Shown: positions 13,004 through 27,700 of the stretch, piece after piece
Numbering within the stretch: the stretch's first letter is position 1
Layout of the letters: each line of letters opens with the position of its first letter
Source: the human T2T-CHM13v2.0 reference genome, Homo sapiens
NCBI RefSeq assembly: GCF_009914755.1
Contig: NC_060925.1
Length of the DNA: 64,000 nt
Reading direction: 5' to 3' (one strand)
Notes under the pieces: model-generated
The model's input: the letters and a program-made list of their open reading frames with translations, nothing else
Database searches by the model: none
Told to the model about the DNA's origin: nothing
Position numbers and translations under genes: made by a program

Positions 13004-15723
13004 GAATTCTTCTGTCTAGCATAATATGAAGAAATCCCGTTTCCAACGAAGGCCTCAAAGGGGTCTGAATATCCACTTGCAGACTTTATAAACAGAGTGT
13101 TTACTAACTGCTCTATGAAAAGAAAGGTTAAACTCTGTGAGTTGAACACACACATCACAAAGGAGTTTCTGAGAATCATTCTGTCTAGTTTTTCTACGAA
13201 GATATTTCCTTTTCTACTATTGACCTGAAAGCGGCTGAAATCTCCACTTGCAAATTCCACAAAAAGAGTGTTTCAAGTCTGCTCTGTGTAAAGGATCGTT
13301 CAACTCTGTGAGTTGAATACACACAACACAAGGAAGTTACTGAGAATTCTTCTGTCTAGCAGAATATGAAGAAATCCCGTTTTCAACGAAGGCCTCAAAG
13401 GGGTCTGAATATCCACTTGCAGACTTTACAAACAGAGTGTTTCCTAACTGCTCTATGAAAAGAAAAGTTAAACTCTGTGAGTTGAACGCACACATCACAA
13501 AGGAGTTTCTGAGAATCGTTCTGTCTAGTTTCTATAGGAAGATATTTCCTATTCTACCATTGACCTCAAAGCGTCTGAAATCTCCGCTTGCAAATTCCAC
13601 AAAAAGAATGTTTCAAGTCTGCTCTGTGTAAAGGATCGTTCAACTCTGTGAGTTGAATACACACAACACAAGGAAGTTACTGAGAATTATTCTGTCTAGC
13701 ATAATATGAAGAAATCCCGTTTCCAACGAAGGCCTCAAAGAGGTCTGAATATCCACTTGCAGACTTTACAAACAGAGTGTTTCCTAACTGCTCTATGAAA
13801 AGAAAAGTTAAACTCTGTGAGTTGAACGCACACATCACAAAGGAGTTTATGAGAATCATTCTGTCTAGTCTTTATACGAAGATATTTCCTTTTCTACCAT
13901 TGACCTCAAAGCGGCTGAAATCTCCACTTTCAAATTCCACAAAAAGAGTGTTTCAAGTCTGCTCTGTGTAAAGGATCGTTCAACTCTGTGAGTAGAATAC
14001 ACACAACACAAGGAAGTTACTGAGAATTCTTCTGTCTAGCAGAATATGAAGAAATCCCGTTTCCAACGAAGGCCTCAAGGAGGTCTGAATATCCACTTGC
14101 AGACTTTACAAACAGAGTGTTTCCTAACTGCTCTATGAACAGAAAGGTTAAACTCTGTGAGTTGAACGCACACATCACAAAGGAGTTTCTGATAATCATT
14201 CTGTCTTGTCTTTATACGAAGATATTTACTTTTCTACCATTGACTTCAAAGCGGCTGAAATCTCCACTTGCAAATTCCACAAAAAGAGTGTTTCAAGTCT
14301 GCTCTGTGTAAAGGATCATTCAACTCTGTGAGTTGAATAAACACAACACAAGGAAGTTACTGAGAATTCTTCTGTCTAGCAGAATATGAAGAAATCCCGT
14401 TTCCAACGAAGGCCTCAAGGAGGTCTGAATATCCACTTGCAGACTTTACAAACAGAGTGTTTCCTAACTGCTCTATGAAAAGAAAGGTTAAACTCTGTGA
14501 GTTGAACGCACACATCACAAAGGAGTTTCTGAGAATCATTCTGTCTAGTTTCTATAAGAAGATATTTCCTATTCTACCATTGACCTCAAAGCGGCTGAAA
14601 TCTCCACTTGCAAATTCGAGAAAAAGAGTGTTTCAAGCCTGCTCTCTGTAAAGGATCCTTCAACTCTGTGAGTTGAATACACACAACACAAGGAAGTTAC
14701 TGAGAATTATTCTGTCTAGCATAATATGAAGAAATCCCGTTTCCAACGAAGGCCTCAAAGAGGTCTGAATATCCACTTGCAGACTTCACAAACAGAGTGT
14801 TTCCTAACTGCTCTATGAGAAGAAAAGTTAAACTCTGTGAGTTGAACGCACACATCACAAAAGATTTTCTGAGAATCATTCTGTCTAGTCTTTATATGAA
14901 GATAGTTTCCTTTTCTACCATTGACCTCAAAGCGGCTGAAATCTCCACTTGCAAATTCCACAAAAAGAGTGTTTCAAGTCTGCTCTGTGTAAAGGATCGT
15001 TCAACTCTGTGAGTTGAATACACACAACACAAGGAAGTTACTGAGAATTCTTCTGTCTAGCAGAATATGAAGAAATCCCGTTTCCAACGAAGGCCACAAG
15101 ATGTCAGAATATCCACTTACAGACTTTACTAACAGAGTGTTTCCTAACTGCTCTATGAACAGAAAGGTTAAACTCTGTGAGTTGAACGAACACATCACAA
15201 CGCAGTTTGTGGGAATGATTCTGTCTAGTTTTGAAACGAAGATATTTCCTTTTCTGCCGTTGACCTTAAAGCGCTTGAAATCTACACTTGCAAATTGCAC
15301 AAATAGAGTGTTTCAAATCTGCTCTGTCTAAGGGAACGTTCAACTCTGTGAGTTGAATGCACACAACACAAGGAAGTTACTGGGAATTCTTCTGTCTAGC
15401 CTTACATGAAAAAAACCCGTTTCCAACGAAGGCCTCTAAGTGGTCAAAATATCCACGTGCAGACTTTACAAACAGAGTGTTTCCAAACCGCTGAATGAAA
15501 AGAAAAGTTAAACTCTGAGAGTTGAACGCACACATCACGCAGCAGTTTCTGAGAATGATTCTGTCTAGTTTTTATACGAAGATATTTCCTTTTCTGCCTT
15601 TGGCCCCAAAGCGCTTGAAATCTCCACTTGCAAATTCCACAAAAACAGTGTTTCAAATCTGCTCTCTCTAAATGAAAGTTCAACTCTGTCAGTTGAATAC
15701 ACACAACACAAGGAAGTTACTGA
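13004..15723 (-). repeat. Complete 16-mer HOR unit, 2720 bp
   Basis: Same A-H order; H-dimer ORF starts at 12724 and 15444 differ by 2720. Confidence 0.9.
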
Positions 15724-18700
15724 GAATTCTTCTGTCTAGCATAATATGAAGAAATCCCGTTTCCAACGAAGGCCTCAAAGGGGTCTGAATATCCACTTGC
15801 AGACTTTATAAACAGAGTGTTTACTAACTGCTCTATGAAAAGAAAGGTTGAACTCTGTGAGTTGAACACACACATCACAAAGGAGTTTCTGAGAATCATT
15901 CTGTCTAGTTTTTCTACGAAGATATTTCCTTTTCTACTATTGACCTCAAAGCGGCTGAAATCTCCACTTGCAAATTCCACAAAAAGAGTGTTTCAAGTCT
16001 GCTCTGTGTAAAGGATCGTTCAACTCTGTGAGTTGAATACACACAACACAAGGAAGTTACTGAGAATTCTTCTGTCTAGCAGAATATGAAGAAATCCCGT
16101 TTCCAACGAAGGCCTCAAAGAGGTCTGAATATCCACTTGCAGACTTTACAAACAGAGTGTTTCCTAACTGCTCTATGAAAAGAAAGGTTAAACTCTGTGA
16201 GTTGAACACACACATCACAAAGGAGTTTCTGAGAATCGTTCTGTCTAGTTTCTATAGGAAGATATTTCCTATTCTACCATTGACCTCAAAGCGGCTGAAA
16301 TCTCCACTTGCAAATTCCACAAAAAGAATGTTTCAAGTCTGCTCTGTGTAAAGGATCGTTCAACTCTGTGAGTTGAATACACACAACACAAGGAAGTTAC
16401 TGAGAATTATTCTGTCTAGCAGAATATGAAGAAATCCCGTTTCCAACGAAGGCCCCAAAGAGGTCTGAATATCCACTTGCAGACTTTACAAACAGAGTGT
16501 TTCCTAACTGCTCTGTGAAAAGAAAAGTTAAACTCTGTGAGTTGAACGCACACATCACAAAGGAGTTTATGAGAATCATTCTGTCTAGTCTTTATACGAA
16601 GATATTTCCTTTTCTACCATTGACCTCAAAGCGGCTGAAATCTCCACTTTCAAATTCCACAAAAAGAGTGTTTCAAGTCTGCTCTGTGTAAAGGATCGTT
16701 CAACTCTGTGAGTAGAATACACACAACACAAGGAAGTTACTGAGAATTCTTCTGTCTAGCAGAATATGAAGAAATCCCGTTTCCAACGAAGGCCTCAAGG
16801 AGGTCTGAATATCCACTTGCAGACTTTACAAACAGAGTGTTTCCTAACTGCTCTATGAGCAGAAAGGTTAAACTCTGTGAGTTGAACGCACACATCACAA
16901 AGGAGTTTCTGAGAATCATTCTGTCTAGTCTTTATACGAAGATATTTACTTTTCTACCATTGACTTCAAAGCGGCTGAAATCTCCACTTGCAAATTCCAA
17001 AAAAAGAGTGTTTCAAGTCTGCTCTGTGTAAAGGATCATTCAACTCTGTGAGTTGAATAAACACAACACAAGGAAGTTACTGAGAATTCTTCTGTCTAGC
17101 AGAATATGAAGAAATCCCGTTTCCAACGAAGGCCTCAAGAAGGTCTGAATATCCACTTGCAGACTTTACAAACAGAGTGTTTCCTAACTGCTCTATGAAA
17201 AGAAAGGTTAAACTCTGTGAGTTGAACGCACACATCACAAAGGAGTTTCTGAGAATCATTCTGTCTAGTTTCTATAAGAAGATATTTCCTATTCTACCAT
17301 TGACCTCAAAGCGGCTGAAATCTCCACTTGCAAATTCGACAAAAAGAGTGTTTCAAGCCTGCTCTCTGTAAAGGATCCTTCAACTCTGTGAGTTGAATAC
17401 ACACAACACAAGGAAGTTACTGAGAATTATTCTGTCTAGCATAATATGAAGAAATCCCGTTTCCAACGAAGGCCTCAAAGAGGTCTGAATATCCACTTGC
17501 ACACTTTACAAACAGAGTGTTTCCTAACTGCTCTATGAGAAGAAAAGTTAAACTCTGTGAGTTGAACGCACACATCACAAAAGATTTTCTGAGAATCATT
17601 CTGTCTAGTCTTTATATGAAGATAGTTTCCTTTTCTACCATTGACCTCAAAGCGGCTGAAATCTCCACTTGCAAATTCCACAAAAAGAGTGTTTCAAGTC
17701 TGCTCTGTGTAAAGGATCGTTCAACTCTGTGAGTTGAATACACACAACACAAGGAAGTTACTGAGAATTATTCTGTCTAGCAGAATATGAAGAAATCCCG
17801 TTTCCAACGAAGGCCCCAAAGAGGTCTGAATATCCACTTGCAGACTTTACAAACAGAGTGGTTCCTAACTGCTCTGTGAAAAGAAAAGTTAAACTCTGTG
17901 AGTTGAACGCACACATCACAAAGGAGTTTATGAGAATCATTCTGTCTAGTCTTTATACGAAGATATTTCCTTTTCTACCATTGACCTCAAAGCGGCTGAA
18001 ATCTCCACTTTCAAATTCCACAAAAAGAGTGTTTCAAGTCTGCTCTGTGTAAAGGATCGTTCAACTCTGTGAGTAGAATACACACAACACAAGGAAGTTA
18101 CTGAGAATTCTTCTGTCTAGCAGAATATGAAGAAATCCCGTTTCCAACGAAGGCCTCAAGGAGGTCTGAATATCCACTTGCAGACTTTACAAACAGAGTG
18201 TTTCCTAACTGCTCTATGAACAGAAAGGTTAAACTCTGTGAGTTGAACGCACACATCACAAAGGAGTTTCTGCGAATCATTCTGTCTAGTGTTTATACGA
18301 AGATATTTACTTTTCTACCATTGACTTCAAAGCGGCTGAAATCTCCACTTGCAAATTCCACAAAAAGACTGTTTCAAGTCTGCTCTGTGTAAAGGATCAT
18401 TCAACTCTGTGAGTTGAATAAACACAACACAAGGAAGTTACTGAGAATTATTCTGTCTAGCATAATATGAAGAAATCCCGTTTCCAACGAAGGCCTCAAA
18501 GAGGTCTGAATATCCACTTGCAGACTTTACAAACAGAGTGTTTCCTAACTGCTCTATGAGAAGAAAAGTTAAACTCTGTGAGTTGAACGCACACATCACA
18601 AAAGATTTTCTGAGAATCATTCTGTCTAGTCTTTATATGAAGATAGTTTCCTTTTCTACCATTGACCTCAAAGCGGCTGAAATCTCCACTTGCAAATTCC

Positions 18701-21700
18701 ACAAAAAGAGTGTTTCAAGTCTGCTCTGTGTAAAGGATCGTTCAACTCTGTGAGTTGAATACACACAACACAAGGAAGTTACTGAGAATTCTTCTGTCTA
18801 GCAGAATAGGAAGAAATCCCGTTTCCAACGAAGGCCACAAGATGTCAGAATATCCACTTGCAGACTTTACAAACAGAGTGTTTCCTAACTGCTCTATGAA
18901 CAGAAAGGTTAAACTCTGTGAGTTGAACGAACACATCACAACGCAGTTTGTGGGAATGATTCTGTCTAGTTTTGAAACGAAGATATTTCCTTTTCTGCCG
19001 TTGACCTTAAAGCGCTTGAAATCTACACTTGCAAATTGCACAAATAGAGTGTTTCAAATCTGCTCTGTCTAAGGGAACGTTCAACTCTGTGAGTTGAATG
19101 CACACAACACATGAAGTTACTGGGAATTCTTCTGTCTAGCCTTACATGAAAAAAACCCGTTTCCAACGAAGGCCTCTAAGTGGTCAAAATATCCACGTGC
19201 AGACTTTACAAACAGAGTGTTTCCAAACCGCTGAATGAAAAGAAAAGTTAAACTCTGAGAGTTCAACGCACACATCACGCAGCAGTTTCTGAGAATGATT
19301 CTGTCTAGTTTTTATACGAAGATATTTCCTTTTCTGCCTTTGGCCCCAAAGCGCTTGAAATCTCCACTTGCAAATTCCACAAAAACAGTGTTTCAAATCT
19401 GCTCTCTCTAAATGAAAGTTCAACTCTGTCAGTTGAATACACACAACACAAGGAAGTTACTGAGAATTCTTCTGTCTAGCATAATATGAAGAAATCCCGT
19501 TTCCAACGAAGGCCTCAAAGGGGTCTGAATATCCACTTGCAGACTTTATAAACAGAGTGTTTACTAACTGCTCTATGAAAAGAAAGGTTAAACTCTGTGA
19601 GTTGAACACACACATCACAAAGGAGTTTCTGAGAATCATTCTGTCTAGTTTTTCTACGAAGATATTTCCTTTTCTACTATTGACCTGAAAGCGGCTGAAA
19701 TCTCCACTTGCAAATTCCACAAAAAGAGTGTTTCAAGTCTGCTCTGTGTAAAGGATCGTTCAACTCTGTGAGTTGAATACACACAACACAAGGAAGTTAC
19801 TGAGAATTCTTCTGTCTAGCAGAATAGGAAGAAATCCCGTTTCCAACGAAGGCCTCAAAGAGGTCTGAATATCCACTTGCAGACTTTACAAACAGAGTGT
19901 TTCCTAACTGCTCTATGAAAAGAAAAGTTAAACTCTGTGAGTTGAACGCACACATCACAAAGTAGTTTCTGAGAATCGTTCTGTCTAGTTTCTATAGGAA
20001 GATATTTCCTATTCTACCATTGACCTCAAAGCGGCTGAAATCTCCACTTGCAAATTCCACAAAAAGAATGTTTCAAGTCTGCTCTGTGTAAAGGATCGTT
20101 CAACTCTGTGAGTTGAATACACACAACACAAGGAAGTTACTGAGAATTATTCTGTCTAGCAAAATATGAAGAAATCCCGTTTCCAACGAAGGCCTCAAAG
20201 AGGTCTGATTATCCACTTGCAGACTTTACAAACAGAGTGTTTCCTAACTGCTCTATGAAAAGAATAGTTAAACTCTGTGAGTTGAACGCACACATCACAA
20301 AGGAGTTTATGAGAATCATTCTGTCTAGTCTTTATACGAAGATATTTCCTTTTCTACCATTGACCTCAAAGCGGCTGAAATCTCCACTTTCAAATTCCAC
20401 AAAAAGAGTGTTTCAAGTCTGCTCTGTGTAAAGGATCGTTCAACTCTGTGAGTAGAATACACACAACACAAGGAAGTCACTGAGAATTCTTCTGTCTAGC
20501 AGAATATGAAGAAATCCCGTTTCCAACGAAGGCCTCAAGGAGGTCTGAATATCCACTTGCAGACTTTACAAACAGAGTGTTTCCTAACTGCTCTATGAAA
20601 AGAAAGGTTAAACTCTGTGAGTTGAACGCACACATCACAAAGGAGTTTCTGAGAATCATTCTGTCTAGTTTCTATAAGAAGATATTTCCTATTCTACCAT
20701 TGACCTCAAAGCGGCTGAAATCTCCACTTGCAAATTCGACAAAAAGAGTGTTTCAAGCCTGCTCTCTGTAAAGGATCCTTCAACTCTGTGAGTTGAATAC
20801 ACACAACACAAGGAAGTTACTGAGAAATATTCTGTCTAGCATAATATGAAGAAATCCCGTTTCCAACGAAGGCCTCAAAGAGGTCTGAATATCCACTTGC
20901 AGACTTTACAAACAGAGTGTTTCCTAACTGCTCTATGAGAAGAAAAGTTAAACTCTGTGAGTTGAACGCACACATCACAAAAGATTTTCTGAGAATCATT
21001 CTGTCTAGTCTTTATATGAAGATAGTTTCCTTTTCTACCATTGACCTCAAAGCGGCTGAAATCTCCACTTGCAAATTCCACAAAAAGAGTGTTTCAAGTC
21101 TGCTCTGTGTAAAGGATCGTTCAACTCTGTGAGTTGAATACACACAACACAAGGAAGTTACTGAGAATTCTTCTGTCTAGCAGAATATGAAGAAATCCCG
21201 TTTCCAACGAAGGCCTCAAAAAGGTCTGAATATCCACTTGCAGACTTTACAAACAGAGTGTTTCCTAACTGCTCTATGAACAGAAAGGTTAAACTCTGTG
21301 AGTTGAACGAACACATCACAACGCAGTTTGTGGGAATGATTCTGTCTAGTTTTGAAACGAAGATATTTCCTTTTCTGCCGTTGACCTTAAAGCGCTTGAA
21401 ATCTACACTTGCAAATTGCACAAATAGAGTGTTTCAAATCTGCTCTGTCTAAGGGAACGTTCAACTCTGTGAGTTGAATGCACACAACACAAGGAAGTTA
21501 CTGGGAATTCTTCTGTCTAGCCTTACATGAAAAAACCCGTTTCCAACGAAGGCCTCTAAGTGGTCAAAATATACACGTGCAGACTTTACAAACAGAGTGT
21601 TTCTAAACCGCTGAATGAAAAGAAAAGTTAAGCTCTGAGAGTTGAACGCACACATCACGCAGCAGTTTCTGAGAATGATTCTGTCTAGTTTTTATACGAA

Positions 21701-24700
21701 GATATTTCCTTTTCTGCCTTTGGCCCCAAAGCGCTTGAAATCTCCACTTGCAAATTCCACAAAAACAGTGTTTCAAATCTGCTCTCTCTAAATGAAAGTT
21801 CAACTCTGTCAGTTGAATACACACAACACAAGGAAGTTACTGAGAATTCTTCTGTCTAGCATAATATGAAGAAATCCCGTTTCCAACGAAGGCCTCAAAG
21901 GGGTCTGAATATCCACTTGCAGACTTTATAAACAGAGTGTTTACTAACTGCTCTATGAAAAGAAAGGTTAAACTCTGTGAGTTGAACACACACATCACAA
22001 AGGAGTTTCTGAGAATCATTCTGTCTAGTTTTTCTACGAAGATATTTCCTTTTCTACTATTGACCTGAAAGCGGCTGAAATCTCCACTTGCAAATTCCAC
22101 AAAAAGAGTGTTTCAAGTCTGCTCTGTGTAAAGGATCGTTCAACTCTGTGAGTAGAATACACACAACACAAGGAAGTCACTGAGAATTCTTCTGTCTAGC
22201 AGAATATGAAGAAATCCCGTTTCCAACGAAGGCCTCAAGGAGGTCTGAATATCCACTTGCAGACTTTACAAACAGAGTGTTTCCTAACTGCTCTATGAAA
22301 AGAAAGGTTAAACTCTGTGAGTTGAACGCACACATCACAAAGGAGTTTATGAGAATCATTCTGTCTAGTTTCTATAAGAAGATATTTCCAATTCTACCAT
22401 TGACCTCAAAGCGGCTGAAATCTCCACTTGCAAATTCGACAAAAAGAGTGTTTCAAGCCTGCTCTCTGTAAAGGATCCTTCAACTCTGTGAGTTGAATAC
22501 ACACAACACAAGGAAGTTACTGAGAATTATTCTGTCTAGCATAATATGAAGAAATCCCGTTTCCAACGAAGGCCTCAAAGAGGTCTGAATATCCACTTGC
22601 AGACTTTACAAACAGAGTGTTTCCTAACTGCTCTATGAGAAGAAAAGTTAAACTCTGTGAGTTGAACGCACACATCACAAAGGAGTTTCTGAGAATCGTT
22701 CTGTCTAGTTTCTATAGGAAGATATTTCCTATTCTACCATTGACCTCAAAGCGGCTGAAATCTCCACTTGCAAATTCCACAAAAAGAATGTTTCAAGTCT
22801 GCTCTGTGTAAAGGATCGTTCAACTCTGTGAGTTGAATACACACAACACAAGGAAGTTACTGAGAATTATTCTGTCTAGCATAATATGAAGAAATCCCAT
22901 TTCCAACGAAGGCCTCAAAGAGGTCTGAATATCCACTTGCAGACTTTACAAACAGAGTGTTTCCTAACTGCTCTATGAAAAGAAAAGTTAAACTCTGTGA
23001 GTTGAACGCACACATCACAAAGGAGTTTATGAGAATCATTCTGTCTAGTCTTTATACGAAGATATTTCCTTTTCTACCATTGACCTCAAAGCGGCTGAAA
23101 TCTCCACTTGCAAATTCCACAAAAAGAGTGTTTCAAGTCTGCTCTGTGTAAAGGATCGTTCAACTCTGTGAGTAGAATACACACAACACAAGGAAGTCAC
23201 TGAGAATTCTTCTGTCTAGCAGAATATGAAGAAATCCCGTTTCTAACGAAGGCCTCAAGGAGGTCTGAATATCCACTTGCAGACTTTACAAACAGAGTGT
23301 TTCCTAACTGCTCTATGAACAGAAAGGTTAAACTCTGTGAGTTGAACGCACACATCACAAAGGAGTTTCTGAGAATCATTCTGTCTAGTCTTTATACGAA
23401 GAAATTTACTTTTCTACCATTGACTCCAAAGCGGCTGAAATCTCCACTTGCAAATTCCAAAAAAAGAGTGTTTCAAGTCTGCTCTGTGTAAAGGATCATT
23501 CAACTCTGTGAGTTGAATAAACACAGCACAAGGAAGTTACTGAGAATTCTTCTGTCTAGCAGAATATGAAGAAATCCCGTTTCCGACGAAGGCCTCAAGG
23601 AGGTCTGAATATCCACTTGCAGACTTTGCAAACAGAGTGTTTCCTAACTGCTCTATGAAAAGAAAGGTTAAACTCTGTGAGTTGAACGCACACATCACAA
23701 AGGAGTTTCTGAGAATCATTCTGTCTAGTTTCTATAAGAAGATATTTCCTATTCTACCATTGACCTCAAAGCGGCTGAAATCTCCACTTGCAAATTCGAC
23801 AAAAAGAGTGTTTCAAGCCTGCTCTCTGTAAAGGATCCTTCAACTCTGTGAGTTGAATACACACAACACAAGGAAGTTACTGAGAATTATTCTGTCTAGC
23901 ATAATATGAAGAAATCCCGTTTCCAACGAAGGCCTCAAAGAGGTCTGAATATCCACTTGCACACTTTACAAACAGAGTGTTTCCTAACTGCTCTATGAGA
24001 AGAAAAGTTAAACTCTGTGAGTTGAACGCACACATCACAAAAGATTTTCTGAGAATCATTCTGTCTTGTCTTTATATGAAGATAGTTTCCTTTTCTACCA
24101 TTGACCCCAAAGCGGCTGAAATCTCCACTTGCAAATTCCACAAAAAGAGTGTTTCAAGTCTGCTCTGTGTAAAGGATCGTTCAACTCTGTGACTTGAATA
24201 CACACAACACAAGGAAGTTACTGAGAATTCTTCTGTCTAGCAGAATAGGAAGAAATCCCGTTTCCAACGAAGGCCTCAAAGAGGTCTGAATATCCACTTG
24301 CAGACTTTACAAACAGAGTGTTTCCTAACTGCTCTATGAAAAGAAAGGTTAAACTCTGTGAGTTGAACACACACATCACAAAGGAGTTTCTGAGAATCGT
24401 TCTGTCTAGTTTCTATAGGAAGATATTTCCTATTCTACCATTGACCTCAAAGCGGCTGAAATCTCCACTTGCAAATTCCACAAAAAGAATGTTTCAAGTC
24501 TGCTCTGTGTAAAGGATCGTTCAACTCTGTGAGTTGAATACACACAACACAAGGAAGTTACTGAGAATTATTCTGTCTAGCAGAATATGAAGAAATCCCG
24601 TTTCCAACGAAGGCCCCAAAGAGGTCTGAATATCCACTTGCAGACTTTACAAACAGAGTGGTTCCTAACTGCTCTGTGAAAAGAAAAGTTAAACTCTGTG

Positions 24701-27700
24701 AGTTGAACGCACACATCACAAAGGAGTTTATGAGAATCATTCTGTCTAGTCTTTATACGAAGATATTTCCTTTTCTACCATTGACCTCAAAGCGGCTGAA
24801 ATCTCCACTTTCAAATTCCACAAAAAGAGTGTTTCAAGTCTGCTCTGTGTAAAGGATCGTTCAACTCTGTGAGTAGAATACACACAACACAAGGAAGTTA
24901 CTGAGAATTCTTCTGTCTAGCAGAATATGAAGAAATCCCGTTTCCAACGAAGGCCTCAAGGAGGTCTGAATATCCACTTGCAGACTTTACAAACAGAGTG
25001 TTTCCTAACTGCTCTATGAACAGAAAGGTTAAACTCTGTGAGTTGAACGCACACATCACAAAGGAGTTTCTGAGAATCATTCTGTCTAGTGTTTATACGA
25101 AGATATTTACTTTTCTACCATTGACTTCAAAGCGGCTGAAATCTCCACTTGCAAATTCCACAAAAAGACTGTTTCAAGTCTGCTCTGTGTAAAGGATCAT
25201 TCAACTCTGTGAGTTGAATAAACACAACACAAGGAAGTTACTGAGAATTATTCTGTCTAGCATAATATGAAGAAATCCCGTTTCCAACGAAGGCCTCAAA
25301 GAGGTCTGAATATCCACTTGCAGACTTTACAAACAGAGTGTTTCCTAACTGCTCTATGAGAAGAAAAGTTAAACTCTGTGAGTTGAACGCACACATCACA
25401 AAAGATTTTCTGAGAATCATTCTGTCTAGTCTTTATATGAAGATAGTTTCCTTTTCTACCATTGACCTCAAAGCGGCTGAAATCTCCACTTGCAAATTCC
25501 ACAAAAAGAGTGTTTCAAGTCTGCTCTGTGTAAAGGATCGTTCAACTCTGTGAGTTGAATACACACAACACAAGGAAGTTACTGAGAATTCTTCTGTCTA
25601 GCAGAATATGAAGAAATCCCGTTTCCAACGAAGGCCACAAGATGTCAGAATATCCACTTACAGACTTTACAAACAGAGTGTTTCCTAACTGCTCTATGAA
25701 CAGAAAGGTTAAACTCTGTGAGTTGAACGAACACATCACAACGCAGTTTGTGGGAATGATTCTGTCTAGTTTTGAAACGAAGATATTTCCTTTTCTGCCG
25801 TTGACCTTAAAGCGCTTGAAATCTACACTTGCAAATTGCACAAATAGAGTGTTTCAAATCTGCTCTGTCTAAGGGAACGTTCAACTCTGTGAGTTGAATG
25901 CACACAACACATGAAGTTACTGGGAATTCTTCTGTCTAGCCTTACATGAAAAAAACCCGTTTCCAACGAAGGCCTCTAAGTGGTCAAAATATCCACGTGC
26001 AGACTTTACAAACAGAGTGTTTCCAAACCGCTGAATGAAAAGAAAAGTTAAACTCTGAGAGTTCAACGCACACATCACGCAGCAGTTTCTGAGAATGATT
26101 CTGTCTAGTTTTTATACGAAGATATTTCCTTTTCTGCCTTTGGCCCCAAAGCGCTTGAAATCTCCACTTGCAAATTCCACAAAAACAGTGTTTCAAATCT
26201 GCTCTCTCTAAATGAAAGTTCAACTCTGTCAGTTGAATACACACAACACAAGGAAGTTACTGAGAATTCTTCTGTCTAGCATAATATGAAGAAATCCCGT
26301 TTCCAACGAAGGCCTCAAAGGGGTCTGAATATCCACTTGCAGACTTTATAAACAGAGTGTTTACTAACTGCTCTATGAAAAGAAAGGTTAAACTCTGTGA
26401 GTTGAACACACACATCACAAAGGAGTTTCTGAGAATCATTCTGTCTAGTTTTTCTACGAAGATATTTCCTTTTCTACTATTGACCTGAAAGCGGCTGAAA
26501 TCTCCACTTGCAAATTCCACAAAAAGAGTGTTTCAAGTCTGCTCTGTGTAAAGGATCGTTCAACTCTGTGAGTTGAATACACACAACACAAGGAAGTTAC
26601 TGAGAATTCTTCTGTCTAGCAGAATAGGAAGAAATCCCGTTTCCAACGAAGGCCTCAAAGAGGTCTGAATATCCACTTGCAGACTTTACAAACAGAGTGT
26701 TTCCTAACTGCTCTATGAAAAGAAAAGTTAAACTCTGTGAGTTGAACGCACACATCACAAAGGAGTTTCTGAGAATCGTTCTGTCTAGTTTCTATAGGAA
26801 GATATTTCCTATTCTACCATTGACCTCAAAGCGGCTGAAATCTCCACTTGCAAATTCCACAAAAAGAATGTTTCAAGTCTGCTCTGTGTAAAGGATCGTT
26901 CAACTCTGTGAGTTGAATACACACAACACAAGGAAGTTACTGAGAATTATTCTGTCTAGCATAATATGAAGAAATCCCGTTTCCAACGAAGGCCTCAAAG
27001 AGGTCTGAATATCCACTTGCAGACTTTACAAACAGAGTGTTTCCTAACTGCTCTATGAAAAGAATAGTTAAACTCTGTGAGTTGAACGCACACATCACAA
27101 AGGAGTTTATGAGAATCATTCTGTCTAGTATTTATACGAAGATATTTCCTTTTCTACCATTGACCTCAAAGCGGCTGAAATCTCCACTTTCAAATTCCAC
27201 AAAAAGAGTGTTTCAAGTCTGCTCTGTGTAAAGGATCGTTCAACTCTGTGAGTAGAATACACACAACACAAGGAAGTCACTGAGAATTCTTCTGTCTAGC
27301 AGAATATGAAGAAATCCCGTTTCCAACGAAGGCCTCAAGGAGGTCTGAATATCCACTTGCAGACTTTACAAACAGAGTGTTTCCTAACTGCTCTATGAAA
27401 AGAAAGGTTAAACTCTGTGAGTTGAACGCACACATCACAAAGGAGTTTATGAGAATCATTCTGTCTAGTTTCTATAAGAAGATATTTCCAATTCTACCAT
27501 TGACCTCAAAGCGGCTGAAATCTCCACTTGCAAATTCGACAAAAAGAGTGTTTCAAGCCTGCTCTCTGTAAAGGATCCTTCAACTCTGTGAGTTGAATAC
27601 ACACAACACAAGGAAGTTACTGAGAATTATTCTGTCTAGCATAATATGAAGAAATCCCGTTTCCAACGAAGGCCTCAAAGAGGTCTGAATATCCACTTGC

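Noticed and set aside
18755-19072. Longest ORF (105 aa; also 38473 and 61930) as a real peptide
   Set aside because: It arises only from the atga>agga SNV removing a stop in the G dimer; there is no other coding signal.
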